This document shows positions 8,957 to 17,283 of a DNA stretch of 64,000 nt, piece after piece (positions within the stretch are counted from its first letter, which is position 1; the number at the start of each line of letters is the position of its first letter). The notes beneath the pieces are model-generated. The model was given only the letters and a program-made list of their open reading frames with translations. It searched no databases and was not told where the DNA came from. The DNA comes from an uncultured delta proteobacterium (lineage in GTDB: Bacteria > Desulfobacterota > Binatia > UBA9968). A program made the translations under genes and the position numbers. The DNA lies in the NCBI GenBank assembly GCA_963840855.1, contig CAWJBB010000046.1, positions 113,677 through 177,676 on the forward strand, given 5' to 3'.

Positions 8957-9220
8957 ATGTCAAAACCTCCAAGCAAAGCGACCAAGCGTCGCACTCGAAA
9001 ACCGCTCGATGCAAGCGAGTTCTCAGACCGCCAACTATTGATCCATTGGGGCCGTGTTCTACAGAGCCAGCAACTGTGGCTCGCGCAAATTATTCAAAGC
9101 CTCGGCGCACCGCTACTGCCAGGTATACCCGAACGGCTCCGCCAGAACCTGTCTCGTGAACACTTGAGAGCTTGGCTGAATGATGGGGTTTCCGCTGAAC
9201 TTAATCAGTGGGCTGCTTAA
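8957..9220 (+). CDS. Hypothetical protein, first gene of the replication operon
   Basis: GAGG RBS; co-oriented with downstream genes. Confidence 0.5.
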   Translation: MSKPPSKATKRRTRKPLDASEFSDRQLLIHWGRVLQSQQLWLAQIIQSLGAPLLPGIPERLRQNLSREHLRAWLNDGVSAELNQWAA

Positions 9221-9971
9221 GGCATCTAACGAAGAAAGTTCAGTCAGGAAAGAGATAGCGGGAAGGCTGACAGGTGCGGTCGTGTCCAGATTGATCGATG
9301 TCCGCGGCGAGAAGGTCGGAAGGAGCGATAGCTTGCCGGATAACCTAAGAGAGATACGGCGGGCCTTCATGGTAGACAGGATTAAGGCAAAGCAATCCAT
9401 ACCTGATGATGAGGATGCCAGGAGCGATGTGTTTCTCGACGCCTGGACTGAGCTTAATCGACAGGCTGAGTCGATAATAAAAACTTCATGGCCCTTGCCG
9501 ACAGCAGAAAGCGCCTTTGAAGCTGACTTATATGAGCGATGGCAAACAGACGTGCTATCGGCCTTGAAAAACCGCTGGATTGCTTTCCTTCCAATCTTGG
9601 TGGAACGAGAAGCGGTAAACTACATGCCAGCAAGAATCAAGATGGATCAAATCGACAGGGCACGGTCTAAGGCAGCAAAGAAACGGAAAGGCATCGAAGT
9701 CGAGTATGATGAGACATTACACGAGGAGCCTTTGATGCCTGCCGGCGATAATTCAGAAGAAACCAAGCTCTTAGAATCAGAAGGTGTACGAAAACGGCTA
9801 AAAAAACTGGATGAGGCGGCAGATAGATATGCCCCAGAAACGGGCCGAGCTATTCGATTGATTTTAAGAGAAGGTTATAGCCAAAAAAGAGCAGCCGAAG
9901 CTGAAGGCATCCCAGAATCTACCTTGAGTGAGAGGATCATAAGAGAAGAAATCGAAAAAAGTGACCTCTAA
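9180..9971 (+). CDS. Protein with C-terminal sigma70 region-4-like HTH (putative activator)
   Basis: EGYSQKRAAEAEGIPESTLSER; start uncertain. Confidence 0.55.
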   Translation: MMGFPLNLISGLLKASNEESSVRKEIAGRLTGAVVSRLIDVRGEKVGRSDSLPDNLREIRRAFMVDRIKAKQSIPDDEDARSDVFLDAWTELNRQAESIIKTSWPLPTAESAFEADLYERWQTDVLSALKNRWIAFLPILVEREAVNYMPARIKMDQIDRARSKAAKKRKGIEVEYDETLHEEPLMPAGDNSEETKLLESEGVRKRLKKLDEAADRYAPETGRAIRLILREGYSQKRAAEAEGIPESTLSERIIREEIEKSDL

Positions 9972-10084
9972 CCCGTCCCATCAATCTTTTTCTCTGCCTA
10001 TAAATCCTTCTTAAATCAATCGGTTATCCTAGCACCGGATTTCCCCTTCTGTTTTTCGAGTATCTATATCAGGAGGAGAAATTC

Positions 10085-10285
10085 ATGCTTGTCATTGAAA
10101 TCGACCCGGCCGGAGGACAAATCGCTCAAGTGTTCGTGCGAGCGGCCAGCGTTGAAGCCGAGGATGCCGCGCTTCGCGCTTGGCAGAGCGTTAGGCCACT
10201 CGTCGACGCCATCGACCTTAAGTTGAGGCAAGACAACTCGCCGCGAACTATTACGGCTTCCCGGCCACTGGAGGCCGGGTTGTGA
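10085..10285 (+). CDS. Hypothetical protein
   Basis: AGGAGG RBS; 4-nt overlap with the rep gene. Confidence 0.6.
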   Translation: MLVIEIDPAGGQIAQVFVRAASVEAEDAALRAWQSVRPLVDAIDLKLRQDNSPRTITASRPLEAGL

Positions 10286-11061
10286 GCGTAAAAATCATGG
10301 CTAAAGTCTGGGCAAGTTCACACCGCAAGGACGGCGAGCTTCTTGTCATGCTTGCCCTGGCGGACTTTTCAAACGATGCCGGCGAGAGCTGGCCGTCAAT
10401 CCCGACGCTCGCGCAGAAGGCTCGACTAACTGAGCGGCAAACACGACGCGTCTTAAGGAAACTCGAAGAAGCTGGAGAGATCCGCCGAGTAAAGAGCAAC
10501 GGCGGCCGGAATCGGCGGAATCACTACTTCATTACCCTCACTGAAAACCCTGATAATATTACAGGGAAAGAATTACAGGGTAAAAATAACCCTGTTATTG
10601 GCGACACTAAACCCCTGACGCCCATGTCAGGGGCATTAAACCATCATAGAACCGTCAATAAGAGCGGCGCTAAAGCGCCTTGTGATTCTTCTCCATCCCG
10701 AAGGGAAAGAAAGAATACCCGCGGCGCCAGCATCCCGCCCGAGCTTCAAGCCGCCGTTTCCCGCATCGTCGCCAAAATCAACGAACTGGGTGGCACTCGC
10801 TACCATGACGACAGCCCGGACGCTCTCCACAATTTGATTGCCCGTTTGCGCGATGGCCGGACCGAGGCCGAGTGCCTGGCCGTGGTAGAAGGCCGCCACG
10901 CGGCATGGGCGGACAAAAAAGAGATGCAAGAGTATTTCCGCCCGAGCACGCTATTTGCCGCGGTGCACTTCGAGGATTATTTGCAGGCCGCGCAGAGACA
11001 GAGCAACGGCGCCGCCGAATCCAACCCCGAACGGCGAAAGGAACTTTTTATCAATGCCTGA
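10282..11061 (+). CDS. Phage-type replication initiator (N-terminal wHTH, conserved phage C-terminal domain)
   Basis: LVMLALADFSND-GESWPSIPTLAQKARLTER (HTH_36-like); YFRPSTLF motif. Confidence 0.85.
   Translation: MSVKIMAKVWASSHRKDGELLVMLALADFSNDAGESWPSIPTLAQKARLTERQTRRVLRKLEEAGEIRRVKSNGGRNRRNHYFITLTENPDNITGKELQGKNNPVIGDTKPLTPMSGALNHHRTVNKSGAKAPCDSSPSRRERKNTRGASIPPELQAAVSRIVAKINELGGTRYHDDSPDALHNLIARLRDGRTEAECLAVVEGRHAAWADKKEMQEYFRPSTLFAAVHFEDYLQAAQRQSNGAAESNPERRKELFINA
10548..10633. repeat. Iteron-like CCCTG/CAGGG array (putative origin inside the rep gene)
   Basis: Six CCCTG/CAGGG half-sites with mostly AT-rich spacers; a related site lies at 1-23 in element 1. Confidence 0.6.
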
Positions 11062-11926
11062 GAAGACTGCCCTGGAATACGTGGCGATGGCCGATGCCGT
11101 GCGCGATTTCGCCAAAGGCATGGACGCGCAGACCGAAGACGACTTTTTCCCTACCGGGTTTCGGTCGCATGATTTAGCCCTCGGGCGGCTGCGCCGCGGA
11201 TCCCTGACTTTTGTTGGCGCCAGGACATCGATGGGGAAAACCGCCCTCATGCTCAATATGGCGCTGGCGCAGATGAAAGCGGGCGTACAAGTCTATTTCT
11301 TCACGCTCGAGATGCCGCGAAACGATATGATTGCCCGCCTTGTGAGTATCGCAACCGGCATTCCCCTTTTGGATATCCTGCAAAATCGTGTTGACGAGAA
11401 ACAGGTACGCGAGATCGGCGGCGCCCTACCGATTCTATCGCCGCTTCCTGGGAATTGGACCGAAGAGGGAAACCTAAAACGAATCGGCGAACTGTTCAGC
11501 CGGATTGAACCGAAGAGCAGAAGCATCGTTTACGTCGACTTCCTGGGGCTTGTGCAAGTATCGGGACTAGACGCAACGCAGCAATACGCTGTGACGACCG
11601 AAGCCGGGTTATCGCTGAAGCGCGCCGCGATGGGGCTTCAGATTCCCGTGGTGGCCGGGGTGCAATTGAATCGCCAAGTCGAAGCCCGAAAAGAAAAGCA
11701 TCCGCTTTTGTCAGACTTCAGGGATAGCGGCCGGCTCGAAGAGATTGGCGATGTCTGCCTTGGGCTCTATCGCCCGGGCTTTTATGACAAGAACGCAGAC
11801 ACGGAGCTTCAGGTTTTTTGCCTGAAGAACCGTAACGGCCCGCGCGTCAACTATGTTTTGGAATGGTACGGACCATGCGCCAGGGCGACAGAGAAGCACA
11901 AACTGTCATGGCCGGAGGTTGCGTAG
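11054..11926 (+). CDS. DnaB-like helicase (C-terminal domain only)
   Basis: GARTSMGKT, TLEM, YVDFLGL, QLNR, DFRDSGRLEE, KNRNG. Confidence 0.9.
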   Translation: MPEKTALEYVAMADAVRDFAKGMDAQTEDDFFPTGFRSHDLALGRLRRGSLTFVGARTSMGKTALMLNMALAQMKAGVQVYFFTLEMPRNDMIARLVSIATGIPLLDILQNRVDEKQVREIGGALPILSPLPGNWTEEGNLKRIGELFSRIEPKSRSIVYVDFLGLVQVSGLDATQQYAVTTEAGLSLKRAAMGLQIPVVAGVQLNRQVEARKEKHPLLSDFRDSGRLEEIGDVCLGLYRPGFYDKNADTELQVFCLKNRNGPRVNYVLEWYGPCARATEKHKLSWPEVA

Positions 11927-11930
11927 GTCG

Positions 11931-12683
11931 ATGCAATTCCAGGCGCCATACTCTCTTGTGCCTTTCGGTGAGCTTGCCTTACGCTTTCATCCGGACCACC
12001 TAGCCGACTTGCGGGCGTCGGGCTTGAGCGATGACACGATCCGGGCGGCCGGCGTGTATTCGATTCGCCCGCGCGACATCGCATTGTTTTTCAATTTGCG
12101 CCGCGGTGTCCCCTCTGAGATTGAAAGCGCTCTTTGTTTTCCGTACCAGGGCAGCGACTTCGCCCGACTGAAACTTTTTCCGCCAGTCGGAAAAATGAAA
12201 TACTCGCAACCGCCAAAGACCGGCGCGCGTTTATACATGCCGTTTAAAATCGGCGACGGTCCCCTCTACGTTTGCGAAGGCGAGAAAAAAACCCTCGCGG
12301 CGTATCAGGCTGGGCTCAACGCAGGTGGCATCGGCGGCGTCTGGAATTGGCTAAGCGCCGGGCAACCTATCGACGATTTACGGTTGATTGACTGGGACGG
12401 GCGCGAAGTAACGCTGATTCCTGATTCCGATGTATTCAACCGCCCGGACTTGCTTCGCGCCGTCTACGCCTTAGGGCGCGAGCTGCAATCCCAAAGCGCC
12501 CGCGTTTATGTTGCGCAGATCCCACAAACCGGCTCGGCAAAAGTCGGGTTTGATGACTACTTAGTTTCGGGCGGCAAGGTTAATACCCTTGAAGTCTTTT
12601 CCTTGAGCCACAGCATTTTCAGGCGGCTTAGTTTTTGGCACAGCGAATGGAAATTCAAGAGAGCGCTAAGAGAGGCGGCATGA
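11931..12683 (+). CDS. DUF3854-like TOPRIM primase domain protein
   Basis: Close paralog of 1330-2079 (HPDHLADLRASGL, KYSQPPKTGARLY, CEGEKK). Confidence 0.8.
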   Translation: MQFQAPYSLVPFGELALRFHPDHLADLRASGLSDDTIRAAGVYSIRPRDIALFFNLRRGVPSEIESALCFPYQGSDFARLKLFPPVGKMKYSQPPKTGARLYMPFKIGDGPLYVCEGEKKTLAAYQAGLNAGGIGGVWNWLSAGQPIDDLRLIDWDGREVTLIPDSDVFNRPDLLRAVYALGRELQSQSARVYVAQIPQTGSAKVGFDDYLVSGGKVNTLEVFSLSHSIFRRLSFWHSEWKFKRALREAA

Positions 12684-12804
12684 TGGCGGCGGGGAATCGT
12701 AGAGACACCATAGAGACACAGGTCAAAAAGGCCAATGAAAACGCGGGCACAAAGCAGGGCGCAATATAAGCAATCCTGGGGCATTCGACGCGGGCGGGCG
12801 TGAA

Positions 12805-13095
12805 ATGAGCGAGCAAGCTAACAATAGAATGCTTGTGACGTTGACGGTTGACGAACTGCGCGAGGTTATCCGGGCGGAAGTAGCGGCATCGAAAACAGCC
12901 GTTAAGCTACTTTATACGACCGATGAAGCCGCCGAGCTTTGCAACGTCAAGCCGTCATGGTTGGCATGGGCCGCTAGAAACGGAAAGGTAAACTGCCGGC
13001 GCCTGGGACATAACGTGAGATTCGCCATTGTAGACTTAGAAGAGCTAATCGAGCAATCAAGGGCCGCGGGTGAAGAGGCGGAAAGAAAGTGCTAG
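12805..13095 (+). CDS. Excisionase-like HTH_17 protein
   Basis: LLYTTDEAAELCNVKPSWL..RRLGHNVRF. Confidence 0.8.
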   Translation: MSEQANNRMLVTLTVDELREVIRAEVAASKTAVKLLYTTDEAAELCNVKPSWLAWAARNGKVNCRRLGHNVRFAIVDLEELIEQSRAAGEEAERKC

Positions 13096-13416
13096 CACTC
13101 AAGGCCGCCAGAGCAGGTGGTCTTTCCTTGACAACCCCGTAGCAGTTGAGGTAAGCGAGGGCATTATTATAATGCCGACCGATTCTGGTTAGGCAATATC
13201 TGTGATCCAGTTTCTTTGAGCCCGACCGGCTTCGTGCTAGTCGGGCTTTGTATTTAAGAGGGGATGCCCATGTTTGCCAGAGGCCCTCCGTTTATATAGA
13301 GAAAAGATTTTTTATCGTCGGCATCTCTAAGAAGAGTCGGTGGGAGTACGATTCATTTACTTCTTTGCGCGAGCGGCTCAGTATGAGGCGCACCCACCAT
13401 AACGCTTTAAAGGAGG

Positions 13417-14304
13417 ATGCTCATGGAGACTATAGAAAGTTTGCGTGACCGCTTAGAGGTATTAGAAAATCAGACCCATGCCCTTGCAGACCAGACACGT
13501 GCTGCTGAACGACGACTGCATTGTTGGCGACGGATTGCATATGGCTTGCTGATAGTGGGGCTGGTGAGCTTGCCACTGGCGTCGGGCATCACGGCGCAAG
13601 ACGAATCGTCCGAGTATAGGGGGATGAGGAAACGCCTCGCCGCCCTTGAGTACAAGCTCCAGTATATCAGTGGCGGTCCCAATGAGGTTGTCATCACTGG
13701 AGCGAACCTGCGGATCGTGAATGGCCTCGGCGCCACGCAAACCACCAACGGCTTGGGCAACCTGATCGTGGGCTATAACGAGCCGCGTCGAGTAGGGTTT
13801 CCGACCGTGCGCACGGGCTCGCACAATGTTGTGGTAGGAGAAGCGCACAACTTCTCCCGCTTCGGAGGGATGGTGGTCGGGTTTCAGAATGAGATTAGCG
13901 GCGACTTCTCGTCCGTGAGTGGGGGGCTGGAGAACACGGCCAGTGGTGACTGGTCGTCGGTTAGCGGGGGACCTCACAACAGCGCCATCGGAACCTATTC
14001 GTCTGTCAGCGGAGGGCACGATAACACCGCTAGCGGCCCCGGCGCCTCCGTGACTGGGGGGAGGAACAATACCGCCAGTGGCATTGAGGCCGTGGTTAGT
14101 GGGGGCCCTTTCAATACGGCCAGTGGCCACTGGTCGTCGGTTAGCGGGGGGCAGCAGAACACGGCTAGAGGAGAACGGTCCTCCATCAGCGGCGGGGAAG
14201 GCAACGAGGCGAGCGGGTTCGTCTCCTCGGTCAGCGGCGGACTCCAAAGGACCGCTCCCGGGACAAACAACTGGGCGGCTGGCCCCCTCTTCGCCGCGCA
14301 GTAA
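13417..14304 (+). CDS. Membrane-anchored/secreted SVSGG-repeat (beta-helical) protein
   Basis: About nine 14-aa SVSGGxxNxASG repeats, NGLGNLIVGYNE motif, N-terminal coiled coil plus hydrophobic helix. Confidence 0.8.
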   Translation: MLMETIESLRDRLEVLENQTHALADQTRAAERRLHCWRRIAYGLLIVGLVSLPLASGITAQDESSEYRGMRKRLAALEYKLQYISGGPNEVVITGANLRIVNGLGATQTTNGLGNLIVGYNEPRRVGFPTVRTGSHNVVVGEAHNFSRFGGMVVGFQNEISGDFSSVSGGLENTASGDWSSVSGGPHNSAIGTYSSVSGGHDNTASGPGASVTGGRNNTASGIEAVVSGGPFNTASGHWSSVSGGQQNTARGERSSISGGEGNEASGFVSSVSGGLQRTAPGTNNWAAGPLFAAQ

Positions 14305-14554
14305 GGAGTTGGCGCACAAGTGAATGGCCACAAGAACTGGGCCGAATATCACGAGGGAGGGGTCGAGCGTCAAGCGGCTCCTCCTTTGCGACTGCAAACA
14401 ACACGGAGCGTAAGCTTCTTTTCCCAGTGGCGGGACAAACTGTGTTGACGCACAGCCCGCCCGTTTTTATTTCAGTCTAAGTAAACGGATTCGTTCCTGC
14501 CTCACAAAATTTGAGCCCGCCGGTTCCTAACCTGAATCGGCCTGTTGGTATTTC

Positions 14555-14880
14555 AATGAGGCTGCCGAGCTTTGCCGCGTTAATCCATCACTCCATTACT
14601 CCAACTGACATCCTTCATCGCAGTCCTTCGAGGTGGGTTTTGAAGTCCAGCGGATTTCACCAGGTTTTCTAGTGTCCCTAACTTTGAACGTTGAACCGAA
14701 CTTTCGCCACTCGAAGTCTTGCTTCAGGGCGCCGATTCAGGTTCAAGCAACGGGGAAAGTGAAGTCATCATGGTTGGCATGGGCGGCGCGCAGCGGAAAA
14801 GTGAACTGCCGGCGCCTTGGGCATAACGTAAGGTTCACCCTCGAAGATTTGGAAGCACTAATCGAGCAGTCGAAAACCAC
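14555..14880 (+). pseudogene. Split second copy of the excisionase
   Basis: NEAAELCRVNPS (14555-14590) and VKSSWLAWAARSGKVNCRRLGHNVRF (from 14759), separated by a 168-bp insert containing a stop codon. Confidence 0.7.
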
Positions 14881-14906
14881 CGGCGACAATAAGAGAGAGA
14901 TAGCGA

Positions 14907-14935
14907 TTGACATTCCACTCTTAAAATTATACGGT
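14907..14935 (+). promoter_or_regulatory. Putative sigma70 promoter for leaderless HTH-int transcript
   Basis: TTGACA-17bp-TACGGT, with ATG at 14943. Confidence 0.5.
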
Positions 14936-14942
14936 GAGGATA

Positions 14943-15128
14943 ATGATAGGCAAGCAGCTACGGGATGCAAGGCGCTATCTGAACCTTACACAAGGTGAGC
15001 TAGGCCGCCAATTGGGCATCCACTTAAATACGATTGCGCGCATGGAGCGCGACGAGTTAGCAATAGCGAAAGTCGTCGAGCTTGCCGTCAAATTCCTAAC
15101 GTCCAAAAAACAAAGGGGGACACGCTAA
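14943..15128 (+). CDS. Small XRE/Cro HTH regulator
   Basis: LTQGELGRQLGIHLNTIARMER; homolog of 3563-3751. Confidence 0.85.
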   Translation: MIGKQLRDARRYLNLTQGELGRQLGIHLNTIARMERDELAIAKVVELAVKFLTSKKQRGTR

Positions 15129-16306
15129 TGGCAATCAATCAAACAGCGGCGGGGAAATGGGTTGTTGACTGGTGGTTTTTCAAGGATGGCAAGCGAAAGC
15201 GCAAAGAGAAAACCTTCGGCAAGAAAAAAGATGCGACGGCGTTTTATGAATCGACGCGGAGCAAGGTTAGAGACAACGAATACACGCCACCGTCGAAGCA
15301 TACGGTTAAGGAAATGGCGGAATTGTACCTAGCAGCGACGAAGGCGAAAACCAAAATTCAAACACACGCGCAGTATAAGCGGCATATCGACGGCTACATC
15401 GTGCCGGCATTCGGCGAGCGGCGCATGACCGAGCTAGGCTTTGAAGAAATAGAAGAGGCGGGGCGCAAATGGGCCAAAGAGAAGAAAATCAATCCGGTAT
15501 CCGTCAATAAGATTTTCCGCACCCTGGGCGCCGTCTATAGCTACGCCAAGAAACACGGCGTCAACTACAATCCCATGACGAGAGTGGACCGCCAGCGTGA
15601 TAACAAAACCCTTGAGGCGATAGAGGCCGAAGCGATCCGGGGCTTGACGCAGGTTGACGACGACGGGGCCGGCGACGGGCACCTACGCGCCGTGGGGCCG
15701 CACGAAGTCTACAGCGCAGAAGAGGTAAAGAAACTAATCGACGCGAGCGCGCCGGGCCTTGAGCGGGCGCTGCACATGACCGCGGTTATGACCGGCATGA
15801 GACACGGTGAGATAAACGGACTGCAATGGGATAGGGTAGATTTCGAGAAGTCGCGGATTTTTGTTTCACGCAGTTTGACCGAGCTTAAAGGCGGGGCGAT
15901 CATCGAGCGGCCAAAGAGCCGGGCGGCATATCGTTATTTGCCCATGACACCCATGCTAGTTTCAGAGTTGAAGCGGTGGAAGTTGCAAAGCCCGGTAAAC
16001 GAGCTTGACTTGGTTTTCGCCGATCCGTTAGGCAGGGCATTGAACCGCAAGGCGAACAATCGGCGCCTGAAGCAGGCGGCCACGCGGGCGAAGGTCAAGG
16101 CGTTGTCGATGCACAATCTGAGGCACACATACGCGAGTCAGCACTTGATGGCGGGAACGGCGCCAGCCGAGATTTCGCAGCTAATGGGCCATGCCGATGT
16201 CGCGATAACTTTGAAGGTTTATTCACACTGGACGCAAAGAGACTATGCAGGCTCCGCGGCGGCGCTAGAATCGCGCTACTTCGCAAGCGCAACGGCGGGC
16301 GAATGA
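15128..16306 (+). CDS. Tyrosine integrase (intact)
   Basis: TGMRHGE, HNLRHTYAS, MGHADVAITLKVYSH. Confidence 0.95.
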   Translation: MAINQTAAGKWVVDWWFFKDGKRKRKEKTFGKKKDATAFYESTRSKVRDNEYTPPSKHTVKEMAELYLAATKAKTKIQTHAQYKRHIDGYIVPAFGERRMTELGFEEIEEAGRKWAKEKKINPVSVNKIFRTLGAVYSYAKKHGVNYNPMTRVDRQRDNKTLEAIEAEAIRGLTQVDDDGAGDGHLRAVGPHEVYSAEEVKKLIDASAPGLERALHMTAVMTGMRHGEINGLQWDRVDFEKSRIFVSRSLTELKGGAIIERPKSRAAYRYLPMTPMLVSELKRWKLQSPVNELDLVFADPLGRALNRKANNRRLKQAATRAKVKALSMHNLRHTYASQHLMAGTAPAEISQLMGHADVAITLKVYSHWTQRDYAGSAAALESRYFASATAGE

Positions 16307-16307
16307 A

Positions 16308-16335
16308 GTCTCTAAAAGTCTCTACGAGGTCTCTA
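16308..16335 (+). repeat. GTCTCTA x3, putative arm-type sites (right end)
   Basis: Helically phased (10-11 bp) repeats directly after the int stop codon. Confidence 0.7.
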
Positions 16336-16440
16336 TAACCTGCGCAAATGTGGGGTAAGGTAGGATAAAAGAAAAGTGCAAACCCTTGATTTTTCAACAC
16401 TGGAAACGTACAGAAAAGACTGGATAATCGCTCCCGCACA

Positions 16441-16483
16441 ATTCCTAATCCTGGGGCCGTGAGTTCGAATCTCGCCGGGGGCA
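16441..16483 (+). repeat. att site: displaced 3' half of tRNA-Arg
   Basis: ATTCCTAATCCTGGGGCC-GTGAG-TTCGAAT-CTCGC-CGGGGGCA. Confidence 0.9.
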
Positions 16484-16529
16484 ATTTAAAAGCGTAAGAT
16501 CGTAAGCTCTGATTGGGAGGGAAGTTATA

Positions 16530-17270
16530 ATGCCGTTATCGGGTCAAGCGTTTGTGAAAGAAATAGAAGGAATGGTGCAGAAAAAGCACTCGAAAGATCA
16601 TCCGATTATTGGCATGATCGAAAACGGCGAGCTGACGCGCGAACAATTAAAAGGTTTCGTCGGACAGTTCTATCTCTTTTTCCCAAAGCCGTTTCCCAAA
16701 CCCATCGCCGCCATGCTCAGCCGCTGCCCGGATGATCCCGAGTTGGAAAAGATGTGGATCGAAAACGTCGTCGAAGAGGGAACCGGCGAGATCACGGGCA
16801 CCGATAGCCATAAAGGGCTTTTCATTCGATTCGCCAAAGCTTGCGGATTTTCTCGGGAAGAACTCGATAAGGTTGAGCCTACGCCGGAAGCCCAGGCGTT
16901 TCTCGACTGGCGGGAATTGCTCATGTACCAGCGCACCTGGCTGGAGCTCTTTGCCTGCCAGGGATTTTGCCTCGAAGGGACGGCGAATCCGCGCATGACC
17001 CGCATCGTCAACGGTCTGACCAAGCACTACGGCTTCGACCGGGAATCGGAAGATATCCGCTACTGGACGCTACATATGGGCGTTGACGAAGAACATATGA
17101 AAGTGGGACCGCTGACCGTGGAACGTTACGCCACGACGGACTTTCAGCAAAATCAAGTGCGCGCCGCCGTGCAGAAGACGCTGGATCAGTTTTGGCTCGC
17201 CTTCGACGGCATCAAGCGCGCGTTCGTCGACAAAGATCCGCTCTACGCCCGTTGGCGCAACGGAAATTAA
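16530..17270 (+). CDS. Heme-oxygenase-like (TenA/PqqC/CADD family) iron redox enzyme
   Basis: HPII, ENVVEE..SH, LEG, YWTLHMGVDEEH. Confidence 0.8.
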   Translation: MPLSGQAFVKEIEGMVQKKHSKDHPIIGMIENGELTREQLKGFVGQFYLFFPKPFPKPIAAMLSRCPDDPELEKMWIENVVEEGTGEITGTDSHKGLFIRFAKACGFSREELDKVEPTPEAQAFLDWRELLMYQRTWLELFACQGFCLEGTANPRMTRIVNGLTKHYGFDRESEDIRYWTLHMGVDEEHMKVGPLTVERYATTDFQQNQVRAAVQKTLDQFWLAFDGIKRAFVDKDPLYARWRNGN

Positions 17271-17283
17271 GGAGGTTGATTCC

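Larger units (their letters stand above)
5043..16483 (+). mobile_element. Integrative element 2 (about 11.4 kb, phage-satellite/PICI-like) integrated in tRNA-Arg(CCT)
   Basis: Bounded by the identical 19-bp ATTCCTAATCCTGGGGCCG (5043-5061; 16441-16459); intact integrase beside the right att; replication module and TerS-like gene; no capsid or tail genes. Confidence 0.9.

Noticed and set aside
13890-14260. DNA repeat array or DGR-like repeat in the SVSGG gene
   Set aside because: The 42-bp periodicity is explained by protein repeats; no reverse transcriptase or adenine-specific variation seen
14524-14534. TTCCTAACCTG as a secondary att core
   Set aside because: Only a 7-bp exact match to the anticodon loop, with no adjacent arm repeats; may be chance
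16441-16483. Second tRNA-Arg gene
   Set aside because: Only the 3' half is present; no D-arm or 5' acceptor strand
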